Source: Bacillota bacterium
GTDB lineage: Bacteria > Bacillota > Clostridia > Acetivibrionales > DSM-1351
DNA: 64,000 nt
Assembly (NCBI GenBank): GCA_023391425.1
Contig: JAEWAX010000149.1
Location: 177 to 64,176 of the forward strand
Reading direction: 5' to 3'
The notes below the pieces were generated by a model that ran no database searches, had not been told where the DNA came from, and worked only from the letters and a program-made list of their open reading frames with translations. Position 1 is the stretch's first letter. Each line of letters opens with the position of its first letter. Positions 20,041 to 29,183 of the stretch are shown here, one piece after another. The position numbers and the translations under genes were made by a program.

Positions 20041-20170
20041 AAACGATTTCTTAGGTTTGGTAATAGAATTAAATCCTTCCGAACATTAGAAATCGTTATC
20101 CAAGGTCTTAGCGCCGCTTATCCACACTTCTACATGTAGGATATTAGCGGTGGTTTAAATCGGATAAACA
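20041..20170. repeat. Copy 1 of an unclassified conserved structured element (core 20096..20167)
   Basis: The core TTATCC...GGATAA encloses GGTCTTAGCGCCGCTTATCCACAC...ATTAGCGGTGGTTTAAATC. By eye it is about three quarters identical to 61592..61665. It is preceded by the hairpin AACGATTTCTTAG/ATTAGAAATCGTT. Confidence 0.6.
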
Positions 20171-20266
20171 GATAATTCCCATTAGACTAAATAATATAAT
20201 AAATCTAGAAAAAATGCAATTCCCAAATGCTAATAGAATAATGAGTAGTGAATATTAAATGTAAAA

Positions 20267-21349
20267 TTATTCTCTCCATCCACGATACCTCTTTTGCATA
20301 CTTACAAAAAGTTTTTGGACAGCTATTTTACCTTGATTATACAAATATTGTGTATCCTCAGCGGTTATATCAAAATCCAGAAATGATATCTCATCAGTAT
20401 TAATATGTGCAATATTATCAATATTATATGAATTCTTTGGAACACCTGTATCATGAGAGGTAACAAGTAATTTCTTTAAAATATTTTCTGTTTTTATTAA
20501 CTCTTTGGATTCTTTTCCTTCTAATTTAAGTCCAATAATATTATTTAGCCCGGTACTATCAATAAGCCAAACAGGGAAATTATCCAAGACTCCACCATCA
20601 ATAATATAATGTGGCTTTAAGTGGTTATTCTCTTTTTTCATTTGAACAACTGGTTCAAATACAAAAGGTACACAAGTACTCATTCTAATGGCTCTCGCGA
20701 CCTCTAGCTTATCTGGATCTATATTATAAAGAGCGATGTCGTCCGGAAGTACAATTACTTTTCCTGTATTTGCATCGACAGCCGTCATACGTACCTTATA
20801 TCCACGTGGATTGACCTTGTCAGGTATACCTCCTCTGAAATCATTAAAAGTATAAATACCTTTATTTGAGAGAAGCTGAGCCACCCATTTTTCAAGAAGT
20901 TCACCATTAATAAATGCATTTTTTTTGCTGAATGCTATTAGATTTAATAAGAAATTTCCTCTTGTACCCTTAAAATCATCACTTTCCCTCTTGACCATCT
21001 GAAGTTCTGGATAATCTTGTTTATATAACAATGCAGCAATATCGCTGTCACTTAAAGTTTTTTTGTCTTCTATTAGATTTGTAATTTTTTGTAAAATAGA
21101 GACATCTAAGTATTCTCCATCTCTTAACTTAAAATTACTAAAATCAAAATCTTTTAGTAATTTCATTAATTCTCTCGCTGTATATCCAGCGCCTATTAAA
21201 GCTCCAGCAAGAGCTCCTGCAGATACTCCTGCAATATTTCCAAAATGCTTATATTTTTTCTCAAGCTCTTCATATGCTCCGACAAAGGCTACTCCCTTTA
21301 TTCCTCCCCCACTTAGTACAAGATTTAATGCACGATTGGTTATACTCAT
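20267..21349 (-). CDS. Patatin-like phospholipase
   Basis: Oxyanion GGGIKG, nucleophile elbow GVSAGAL (GXSXG) and the catalytic Asp region IIDGGVLDNFP. The ATG at 21349 is preceded by GAGGGGA. Confidence 0.85.
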   Translation of the reverse strand: MSITNRALNLVLSGGGIKGVAFVGAYEELEKKYKHFGNIAGVSAGALAGALIGAGYTARELMKLLKDFDFSNFKLRDGEYLDVSILQKITNLIEDKKTLSDSDIAALLYKQDYPELQMVKRESDDFKGTRGNFLLNLIAFSKKNAFINGELLEKWVAQLLSNKGIYTFNDFRGGIPDKVNPRGYKVRMTAVDANTGKVIVLPDDIALYNIDPDKLEVARAIRMSTCVPFVFEPVVQMKKENNHLKPHYIIDGGVLDNFPVWLIDSTGLNNIIGLKLEGKESKELIKTENILKKLLVTSHDTGVPKNSYNIDNIAHINTDEISFLDFDITAEDTQYLYNQGKIAVQKLFVSMQKRYRGWRE

Positions 21350-21442
21350 TCCAAATCCCCTCAAAACAAAAGGTATCTAATTTATATATATTATAGATGT
21401 TTGCTAATTAGTATATTGTACAATCCTAAGACTTTTGATTTT

Positions 21443-21486
21443 TAGATAATAAAAGGCACAAGATCTATAAAAAAATCTTATGCCTT
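21443..21486 (-). terminator. Intrinsic terminator after the TPR gene
   Basis: On the minus strand, AAGGCATAAGAT-loop-ATCTTGTGCCTT is followed by TTATTATC. Confidence 0.6.
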
Positions 21487-21528
21487 ATTTCCCTCATCAA
21501 TACTGACTTATGCGTTGTTGCGTGGTCT

Positions 21529-22677
21529 TTACATAATAGCTTTGAGCCTGCTCTTCGTATATTTCAAATAGCCTGACGTAGGGTATTCATCTATAAGCTT
21601 TTGGTATGTCGCAATAGCCTTTTGAATTTCATTAATCTCAACATAGCTTTTTCCTAAAATATATAGTGCCTTGTCACCAAAAGTCCATTTGTCACCCAAC
21701 ATAAATACCTTTTCAAGCTTTTTTATTGCTTCAGGATACTTTTTACTACTATAAAGTTGATTTCCATCTATTGTCAGCTGGTTAGCTGCTTTTAAAAGTA
21801 CATTAACTTTTATAGAATCATATTTCTTTTTTAAATCAGCGCTCAACTCAGCTTGTGGTATAGACATTAATTTATCTGCAGCCTCAACATATTTATTTTG
21901 TCCATAAAGTGTAGATACTTGAGAAAGGTCTGTTGAAAGCTGGAATTGCTTTAATTTTACGTTAGCAGCTTCAAGCTGTTTAGTAAGAGACTTATTCTCT
22001 GCAAGCACACTATCATTAGCTTTTGTTTGTTGTGTATTAGTAGCAACCCCAGTCTTTTTATCAACTTCTTTTGTATCTCCTGTCGCTTTAATAAAGAAAA
22101 TAATCGCAGCTATTAGGCAAATAATGCTAAACACATTAAATAAAACTGCAATAGACGGTTTCTTTAGCTGTGTTCTAATTTTCCTCAATAGTAGATATTC
22201 AGTTTTCACATTTTCATCATTAAAGCTATCTTTTTTTATAGGCTCTTTTACTATTTTAGTAGGTTTATTAGCTCGTATATTAGCCTGTTTATTAGCGGGT
22301 TGCGTATTCTTTGTTTTATAATTTTTCTTAGATGAATCATTGTCATTGATTTTTATATAATTAAGATAATCAGCCGCTTTTATAGCATTGTTTTCACCTT
22401 GAATTACTTTACCAAAAAGCGCCTCAGCCTTGTCAATCTGATTTGTATATACATAGCACAAACCCAATAGATTAACCGCTTCAAAAAAATCAGGATTGGT
22501 GGATACCACTTTTTTCAACTCTATCATTGCAATATCCTCACTACCTGTTTTTAAATACTCAATTGCCTTATTGTATGATTTTACTGAGTCTATTATTTTT
22601 TCGGATGCTTCATTACTTTGAGTATATTTTTCTATATCGATAGGTGTAAAACTTCTAATCTCCTGGTTTATATCCAT
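21529..22677 (-). CDS. Tetratricopeptide-repeat membrane protein
   Basis: TPR-like N-terminal (AIEYLKTGSEDIAMIELKKVVSTNPDFFEAVNLLGLCY) and C-terminal (YILGKSYVEINEIQKAIATYQKLIDEYP) repeats flank one TM (VLFNVFSIICLIAAIIFFI). The second ATG has better RBS spacing. Confidence 0.7.
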   Translation of the reverse strand: MDINQEIRSFTPIDIEKYTQSNEASEKIIDSVKSYNKAIEYLKTGSEDIAMIELKKVVSTNPDFFEAVNLLGLCYVYTNQIDKAEALFGKVIQGENNAIKAADYLNYIKINDNDSSKKNYKTKNTQPANKQANIRANKPTKIVKEPIKKDSFNDENVKTEYLLLRKIRTQLKKPSIAVLFNVFSIICLIAAIIFFIKATGDTKEVDKKTGVATNTQQTKANDSVLAENKSLTKQLEAANVKLKQFQLSTDLSQVSTLYGQNKYVEAADKLMSIPQAELSADLKKKYDSIKVNVLLKAANQLTIDGNQLYSSKKYPEAIKKLEKVFMLGDKWTFGDKALYILGKSYVEINEIQKAIATYQKLIDEYPTSGYLKYTKSRLKAIM

Positions 22678-22847
22678 GAACATTGGCTCCCTTCAGGTAT
22701 ATAATATACTTCTATATATAACGAGGCAATAGATATCCCCCACCTCTTATAGGTGGCGAGTACCGCTTCGGTTTTTAGGCGACGAGCATATCTCCCGCCT
22801 CGTTGAAACGCCGCTAATGAAATTAAATTTTTCTACAACCGAAAAAT

Positions 22848-24137
22848 TTAATTTTGAATTGAGGCGTTATAATACTCTCTTATTTCTCCTATCATATATA
22901 ACGATCCAAAGACACAAATAATACTATCCTCATTCGTATTTTCAATCGCAAGCTTTAAGCTATTCTCTATAGTAACTCCATCTTGAACATTGTTTGAGTA
23001 CTGCTTCAAAATTGTTGCTAGTTCACTTGATGATAACGCTCTTTCATTGTTTGGAGTTACAGTAATTATTAGCCTTGCTTTGGCAGCCAACATTTCCATT
23101 ATCTGATGATAATCTTTATCCCTCAGAAAACCAACAATGAATATTTTACTTTTATCGGTAAAATATCTATCTAATGCAGCATTCAAAGCTTGTCCACCCT
23201 CAAAATTATGTGCACCATCAATTAAAATTAATGGTGCTTTACTAATTATCTCAAGCCTTCCTGGCCATATAGTTTTCGCAATGCCTCTTCTAATACCATT
23301 ATCATTAATAACAAAGCCCTTATTACCTAATATCTCACAAACATCAATAGCTAATGCAGCATTACACAACTGATGGTCACCAAGAAGACTAATATTCAGG
23401 TTTTGATAATCTTTGTAGTCAAATATTTGTCCATCTAAACTAAATTTCTTCAATTTCAAAGTATCTAAATTAACCTTGTGAAGTCGAGAATTCTGACTTT
23501 TACAAACCTGCTCAAATACCTCCTCAGACTCTGGCTTTTGAGGATATAAAACAGTATCACTATTTGGCTTAATTATTCCAGCTTTTTGATATGCAATCTC
23601 CGCTAGTGTTCCACCTAATCTGTCAGTATGATCTAAGCTAATAGTTGTTATTACACATGCCTCAGGAGATTCTATCACATTTGTTGAGTCAAACCTTCCT
23701 CCAAGGCCCACTTCTAAAACCACTATATCGCAGCTGCTTCTATAAAAATACTCAAATGCAACTGCAGTAATAATTTCGAATTCTGTGGGATGAGCCAATC
23801 CTTCTTCTATCATTAAATCAATTTTTGTTTTAACAAATTCAATAATATCTGCCAACTCATTTGGTGCTATTTCTTTGTCATCTATCTTTATTCTTTCTGT
23901 AAACCTCTGTATATAAGGAGAAGTAAATATACCTGTCTTGTATCCAGAATTAATTAGTATGTTACTTATAAATGCAGTGGTAGATCCCTTTCCATTCGTC
24001 CCTGCAACATGAACAAACTTTAATTTCCTTTGTGGATTTCCCATAAAATCCATTAATTTGCTAATGCTTTCTAATCCAAGCTTGCTTCCGAATTTAAGGG
24101 TACCATGTATGTATTCCATCGATTCATCGTAATTCAT
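22848..24137 (-). CDS. folC: Bifunctional folylpolyglutamate synthase / dihydrofolate synthase
   Basis: Mur-ligase P-loop HVAGTNGKGST, plus ITSISLDHTDRLG and IDGAHN motifs. About 429 aa counted from the ATG at 24137. Confidence 0.9.
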   Translation of the reverse strand: MNYDESMEYIHGTLKFGSKLGLESISKLMDFMGNPQRKLKFVHVAGTNGKGSTTAFISNILINSGYKTGIFTSPYIQRFTERIKIDDKEIAPNELADIIEFVKTKIDLMIEEGLAHPTEFEIITAVAFEYFYRSSCDIVVLEVGLGGRFDSTNVIESPEACVITTISLDHTDRLGGTLAEIAYQKAGIIKPNSDTVLYPQKPESEEVFEQVCKSQNSRLHKVNLDTLKLKKFSLDGQIFDYKDYQNLNISLLGDHQLCNAALAIDVCEILGNKGFVINDNGIRRGIAKTIWPGRLEIISKAPLILIDGAHNFEGGQALNAALDRYFTDKSKIFIVGFLRDKDYHQIMEMLAAKARLIITVTPNNERALSSSELATILKQYSNNVQDGVTIENSLKLAIENTNEDSIICVFGSLYMIGEIREYYNASIQN

Positions 24138-24287
24138 GGTAAACCTAACCTCCAATATTTGCAGAGTAAATACTTACTCTAGCCGTACAAATTAACAATA
24201 TCAGTTTTTTCCAATCGCGTCAATTACAATAATGTAAACTAATATTTATTTTTGTGTCTTGTATTATTCGCAATCTTTTTAAATAAA

Positions 24288-24875
24288 TCATTTATTTAAA
24301 AGCTCTATAATGTCATCCTTTTTCAATATAGAAGTATTTATTCCCATGCTACCTAAAAATATATGATCAAAAATTACCATCTTGCACTGTTCAAGTTTTT
24401 CGTCTTCGTCAAACTTAACAAAAGTATCTAGATTACTTTCGTTGTATGATTTGAGTAAATAATAGCTTACTCCAAACTTCGGAATTATTTTTATAAATTC
24501 TTGGTTACACCAGACATCATGAGGTACATATATAAACAATTCAAACCCTTCTACCTTTTTGCTTTGGACAGCTATTGAAAGTATAGAACGGCTAGCCATT
24601 ACCGATGTCTTCTTATCTATAAATTCTATGCCCATTTTTTCTAACGAATCTCTAAGCCATGAAATAAGGTTTCTTTTTTCATTCTCACTTAAACTAAGTA
24701 ATGAACTATTAATTTCAATAATCATATTATCTTCTGCTTTAAGGGTAGAAATAATTTGATAGCTAACAATAGCTTTATCTATTTTTCTAGAAGAATATGC
24801 TATAGAGAAGTCTGCCACTTCAGAATCTTTTTTACTAGTGTTGTCTGATACTTTAATCTTGATATTTTTATCCAT
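24288..24875 (-). CDS. Hypothetical protein
   Basis: ORF with AGAGGAG 6 nt before the ATG at 24875 (MDKNIKIKV...). No recognisable motif. Confidence 0.45.
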   Translation of the reverse strand: MDKNIKIKVSDNTSKKDSEVADFSIAYSSRKIDKAIVSYQIISTLKAEDNMIIEINSSLLSLSENEKRNLISWLRDSLEKMGIEFIDKKTSVMASRSILSIAVQSKKVEGFELFIYVPHDVWCNQEFIKIIPKFGVSYYLLKSYNESNLDTFVKFDEDEKLEQCKMVIFDHIFLGSMGINTSILKKDDIIELLNK

Positions 24876-25012
24876 TGCTTGCTCCTCTTTAGATAAAATT
24901 CTTATTTCCAATTAATTGCTTATATTATATACTTTGTGTCTGAAATTGTGAAGGGGAGAGTTGTTTAATCCTGGCAAGCGTACTACAAACTATTTTTGAC
25001 ACACCGCTAACG

Positions 25013-25091
25013 AAAAAAGCCGGCTTGCGTACTGTGCCTCAAATGTTAGGTTCTATGTCCAAAATTTGAATTACAGTACGCTTGCGCCGGC
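25013..25091 (-). terminator. Long-stem intrinsic terminator after pgi
   Basis: On the minus strand, GCCGGCGCAAGCGTACTGT, then a 37-nt loop, then ACAGTACGCAAGCCGGC, followed by TTTTTT. Confidence 0.75.
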
Positions 25092-25123
25092 TGACATCAT
25101 GAAATCTGTATTTTAAATTATAA

Positions 25124-26476
25124 TTATTTAACTAATCTTTTCTCTAGTTGAGCTTTTTGTTCCTCATAGCCTGGTTTTCCTAGCAATGCAAACATATTTT
25201 TCTTGTAAGCTTCTACTCCAGGTTGGTTAAATGGATTTACTGCAAGCAAATATCCACTAATTCCACATGCCTTTTCAAAGAAGTATACCAAGTTTCCGAA
25301 ATAGTATTCATTAAGTTCTGGTACATTAACGATCAAGTTCGGCACACCGCCATCTGTATGAGCAAGTAAAGTACCCTCAAATGCCTTGTTATTAACAAAA
25401 GACATTTCTTTTCCAGCAAGGAAATTGAGACCATCAATATTATCTTTGTCTTCTTTTATTGTAATGCTTTTCTTAGCCTTTCCAACATGTATTACAGTCT
25501 CAAATAAGTTTCTAAGTCCATCTTGTACATACTGGCCCATAGAGTGCAAATCTGTTGTGAAATCAACACCTGCTGGGAATATTCCCTTTTGGTCTTTTCC
25601 TTCACTTTCACCGTAGAGCTGTTTCCACCATTCAGTGAAGAAATGGAGTGATGGCTCATAATTAACCAATATCTCAATTGTCTTGTTTTTGTTATACAAA
25701 GCATTTCTTGAAGCAGCATATCTATAGCAATCATTATTTTTAAAGTCACAATTCTTGTAGAGATTGTATGCATCCAAGGCACCTAGCATAATTTTATCAA
25801 TATCCGCACCACATACAGCTATAGGTAGAAGCCCAACTGCAGTTAAAACTGAAAATCTTCCGCCAACATCATCAGGAATTACAAAGGATTCATAACCTTC
25901 TTCATCAGCAAGTTTTTTTAATGCTCCACGTGCTTTGTCAGTAGTAGCATATATTCTCTTTTGAGCTTCCTGCTTTCCGTATTTATTTTCCATGTACTCC
26001 TTAAAAACCCTAAATGCAACAGCTGGCTCAGTAGTAGTACCAGACTTAGATATAATGTTAACTGAAACTTCTTTCCCTTCAATTAGTTCAAGTAAATCAG
26101 TTAAATAAGTTGAACTTATATTGTTACCCACAAAATAAATTTCTGGAGTTTTACGCTTGTCTTTTGGAAGCATATTGTAGAATGAATGTGAAAGCATTTC
26201 AATTGCTGCCCTTGCTCCTAAATATGAACCTCCAATACCAATTACTATCAATACGTCTGAATCTGATTTTATTTTTTCTGCTGACTTCTTTATTCTAGCA
26301 AATTCTTCTTTATCATAATTTACTGGTAGGTCAACCCATCCTGTAAAATCGTTTCCAGCACCAGTTTTGTTATGCAACATATCGTGTGCAAGCTTAACTT
26401 GTCCTTCTAAATAATTAATCTCATAATCATTTAAAAAACATGATGCTTTTGAGCTGTCAAATGTAATCTTTTCCAT
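25124..26476 (-). CDS. pgi: Glucose-6-phosphate isomerase
   Basis: 450 aa of the Firmicute-type PGI. Motifs include [36 protein letters not shown] and QLYGESEGK. Confidence 0.93.
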   Translation of the reverse strand: MEKITFDSSKASCFLNDYEINYLEGQVKLAHDMLHNKTGAGNDFTGWVDLPVNYDKEEFARIKKSAEKIKSDSDVLIVIGIGGSYLGARAAIEMLSHSFYNMLPKDKRKTPEIYFVGNNISSTYLTDLLELIEGKEVSVNIISKSGTTTEPAVAFRVFKEYMENKYGKQEAQKRIYATTDKARGALKKLADEEGYESFVIPDDVGGRFSVLTAVGLLPIAVCGADIDKIMLGALDAYNLYKNCDFKNNDCYRYAASRNALYNKNKTIEILVNYEPSLHFFTEWWKQLYGESEGKDQKGIFPAGVDFTTDLHSMGQYVQDGLRNLFETVIHVGKAKKSITIKEDKDNIDGLNFLAGKEMSFVNNKAFEGTLLAHTDGGVPNLIVNVPELNEYYFGNLVYFFEKACGISGYLLAVNPFNQPGVEAYKKNMFALLGKPGYEEQKAQLEKRLVK

Positions 26477-26726
26477 AATTACCTCCTAATTTAAACCTTT
26501 TTCAATTTTAAAAATTAATCCTTAATAGTATATCATTTGAGTTTACTAATTTAAAGTTATATTACCATTTTCTATACGCTTTTTATACTTTTTATATACA
26601 TATTTTGATGATGCAATCCATTTCACGAAATATTTACTAGGTAAGAAAAAAGCTTGTACTGTTAATAATATTATTAAATGAGGGATTAACTTCATTTTAA
26701 TATTATTGTTGCAAAGGAGAAAAATT

Positions 26727-26948
26727 ATGTCAAATCCTAAAACACCACTTGTTGCAAATAGTAGAGAAGCATTGACAAAATTTAAGATGGAATGCGCAGC
26801 TGAAATAGGCAGAACTCAATTTACAAAAGAAAACAACGACCACTATAAGGGAGATTTGACTTCAAAGCAAAACGGTTCAGAAGGCGGCCCTATTGGTGGA
26901 CAGATGGTAAAGAAAATGGTTGAAGCGTATGAAAAAGGAATGCAATAA
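26727..26948 (+). CDS. Alpha/beta-type small acid-soluble spore protein
   Basis: 73 aa. SREALTKFKMECAAEIG and GGPIGGQMVKKMVEAYE are the two conserved SASP blocks. AAGGAGA lies upstream of the ATG at 26727. Confidence 0.85.
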   Translation: MSNPKTPLVANSREALTKFKMECAAEIGRTQFTKENNDHYKGDLTSKQNGSEGGPIGGQMVKKMVEAYEKGMQ

Positions 26949-26976
26949 TATCTGATTATTACCTATAAATGTTTAC

Positions 26977-27019
26977 AAAAAAATATCAGTGAGAAGGTAT
27001 TCTCTACTGATATTTTTTT
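26977..27019. terminator. Bidirectional terminator between the SASP gene and the chemoreceptor gene
   Basis: AAAAAAATATCAGTGAGAA-ggtat-TCTCTACTGATATTTTTTT. A-tract and T-tract flank the stem. Confidence 0.8.
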
Positions 27020-27030
27020 GCAGGTTTATT

Positions 27031-28920
27031 TTACTGCTGCTCCTGTACAATCATTTCAGCTGTAGCCATTATCTCTTCATTTTTAGCTGTAGTCTCTTCC
27101 ACTGTTGCAGATATAGATGTAATATCTGTATTTATATTACTTGCCCTTTTCTTTAATTCTTCAGAAATAGCAACAATATCCTCTATATTTTTATGAAATT
27201 CAACTTGATCAGCTTTAGTTGAGTCTGCTGCATGCCTTGATTGATCAGCAAGCTTACGTACTTCATCAGCTACAATCGAAAAACCTCTTCCTGCTTCTCC
27301 CGCTCTTGCTGCTTCTATTGCAGCATTTAATGCTAGCAAATTTGTCTGGGTTGATATTTGTACTATTTCTTCTGTAACACTTGCAAAATTATTAATATTA
27401 TCTTCCATAAACCCTATTTTTTCATTAAGAACTTTTGATATATTTAGCAATGCTCCAATATCATTACTAATATTACCAATACTTATAGAATTCTCTGTAC
27501 TTGCAGCAGAAACCTCCTCAATAGAGTTTGTTATTTCACTGAGTCTTCCTTTTAGAAGTCCTAATTTATGTTTTCTTTCATGGCTTAATTCTTTAACACG
27601 GGTCAAAGCATTAGATATTTCTTCATTTTCTTCTGTTAACAACCTACTTTTTGAAGCTACAGAAAGATTATAATCCATACAGTTTTCAATAACGTTCAAG
27701 CCGTTAAATATATTTATAGCCATATCTTTACAAGTTTTATATCCACACGCTTTGCAATTTCTTACCCTAGCTTCAGGAGTTTCCTTTAGCAAAGAGTCAA
27801 ATATGTTATTTAGCTGGCTTTCAGTAGGTATTTTTGAACTCTTAAACTCTTCCTTATCATACTTTCTGACATAGTTATTTAAATCCAATGTATTATCAAA
27901 ATATTTCAACAGCTTTTCAGGCTTATTATGAAATTTACCTCTTTTTTTCTGTCTTATTTTATTTGTAAGTCCTTCAATATCACTAATTTGTAGCTTATGA
28001 CAGGTACCACTGCCTACATTACAGCCATGTTCGCAGCTCAAAACATCTAGTACGTCAGGCAGTTCCTTATTTGAATTGCTTCTTTCTGAAAACTCGTCAA
28101 AGTATTCATAGGCATCATCTGTTCCCTCAATCTGTTTTACCCATAGTTCATTATTATAATGACAGATATTTTCCTTTAAACCGCCAGGCACACAATATAT
28201 ATCTCCTAGAGTAAAAGGTGGAGAGCTAAATTCAGTTTTACTATAGTCCTCGATATTTATATTGTTTTTTTCTATATATTCAATCAATTTTTTAAATGTA
28301 ACATTATAACTTACATAACCATTAGTATTTTTATCTTCAATTTCTGTCTTTTTAGCTACACAAGGTGATAAGAAAGCCAATCTGTCATTATTGTTTAAAG
28401 ATTTTTTTATGTAAATTGCAGCACACATCAAAGGACTGTGAACTGGTGCGAGGTTTTTTATTATGTCATGTTTATATTTTTGTATATAATTTACAATTGA
28501 AGGACAAGGTTGTGCTATTACATTGCTCAATTTGTCTCTCTCTATTATTCTTAAATATGCCCAAGTAGTAATATCTGCGCCTAAGGAAACATCATAGAAT
28601 ACTTTTACTCCTAATGATTTTAAGCACCCAAACAGCTTTTCATAGTTTTTGAAATTAGTTTTAACTGCTGGAGCAGCAAGTACAGATATTGATATTCCAT
28701 TTTTTAAGTCTTTAAAGAATTTTTCTGTATCATCCTCATAGTCTCTGGCTCCATGGTCACATTCACTTAAGCACTTACCGCATGTAATGCATGCCTCTTT
28801 ATTGACATGTACCTTATTATTTCCATCTTTTATATATGCAGAATTAGCATTTAATACCGGGCAGGCATGTATACATTTATTACAGCCTGTACACTTTTCT
28901 TCGATTGTAAATATATGCAT
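27031..28920 (-). CDS. Soluble methyl-accepting chemotaxis protein with an N-terminal [FeFe]-hydrogenase-like (putative sensory) domain
   Basis: N-terminal 2x[4Fe-4S] ([23 protein letters not shown]). H-cluster-like motifs [18 protein letters not shown] and [13 protein letters not shown]. An extra Cys motif [10 protein letters not shown]-terminal MCP hairpin [37 protein letters not shown]. No TM segment. Confidence 0.85.
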   Translation of the reverse strand: MHIFTIEEKCTGCNKCIHACPVLNANSAYIKDGNNKVHVNKEACITCGKCLSECDHGARDYEDDTEKFFKDLKNGISISVLAAPAVKTNFKNYEKLFGCLKSLGVKVFYDVSLGADITTWAYLRIIERDKLSNVIAQPCPSIVNYIQKYKHDIIKNLAPVHSPLMCAAIYIKKSLNNNDRLAFLSPCVAKKTEIEDKNTNGYVSYNVTFKKLIEYIEKNNINIEDYSKTEFSSPPFTLGDIYCVPGGLKENICHYNNELWVKQIEGTDDAYEYFDEFSERSNSNKELPDVLDVLSCEHGCNVGSGTCHKLQISDIEGLTNKIRQKKRGKFHNKPEKLLKYFDNTLDLNNYVRKYDKEEFKSSKIPTESQLNNIFDSLLKETPEARVRNCKACGYKTCKDMAINIFNGLNVIENCMDYNLSVASKSRLLTEENEEISNALTRVKELSHERKHKLGLLKGRLSEITNSIEEVSAASTENSISIGNISNDIGALLNISKVLNEKIGFMEDNINNFASVTEEIVQISTQTNLLALNAAIEAARAGEAGRGFSIVADEVRKLADQSRHAADSTKADQVEFHKNIEDIVAISEELKKRASNINTDITSISATVEETTAKNEEIMATAEMIVQEQQ

Positions 28921-29183
28921 TTATATCATCCTTTTCTATCGTTGTATAATAGTAATAGCTTAGTGGAAACCAAGTAAATGTAATAATCAATTTTTTATTT
29001 ATTGAGTATAGCATACTAGATTAATGTCTCAAGTAGTAAAATTTACAATTACGCAACTCTTAAATATTTTATTTTATAATTACTGCACAAATACCTTTTT
29101 TGTCTGATAATAATAAGAAAGAAGCTAAAAACAAATTTATTGTCTCTAGCTTCTTTTTTATTCACCTGAGTTAAGACTTTTGC

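Noticed and set aside
20118-20126. An exact DnaA box TTATCCACA lies inside element copy 1, with TTATCC-like half matches at 20096, 20162, 61592, 61613 and 61660. A second exact box (minus strand) is at 33263-33271. This raised the idea of a DnaA-box cluster.
   Set aside because: With this base composition, roughly one exact 9-mer is expected by chance in 64 kb on two strands, and two were seen. The other sites are only 6-7/9 matches. No dnaA/dnaN or AT-rich unwinding context is present. The shared similarity of the two loci extends well beyond the boxes.
20267-21349. The patatin-like phospholipase was considered as a possible effector of a CBASS-type or other anti-phage system.
   Set aside because: There is no cyclase, sensor, E1/E2, TIR, STING or other partner gene nearby. 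It has its own RBS and is flanked by terminators and core genes (thrC, TPR-folC). It looks like a stand-alone lipase.
24156-24287. I looked for a THF riboswitch upstream of folC and a vitamin riboswitch upstream of the ECF S-component gene.
   Set aside because: The folC upstream spacer is featureless A/T with no conserved GC helices. The S-component gene has only a 19-nt gap after hom.
24973-24986. A third segment, GTAGTACGCTTGCC (minus strand), is perfectly complementary over 11 nt to the 5' arm of the pgi terminator. This hinted at an alternative pairing.
   Set aside because: It lies downstream of the terminator T-tract, so it would be transcribed only after read-through. There is no obvious regulatory logic. 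It was noted only as a curiosity.
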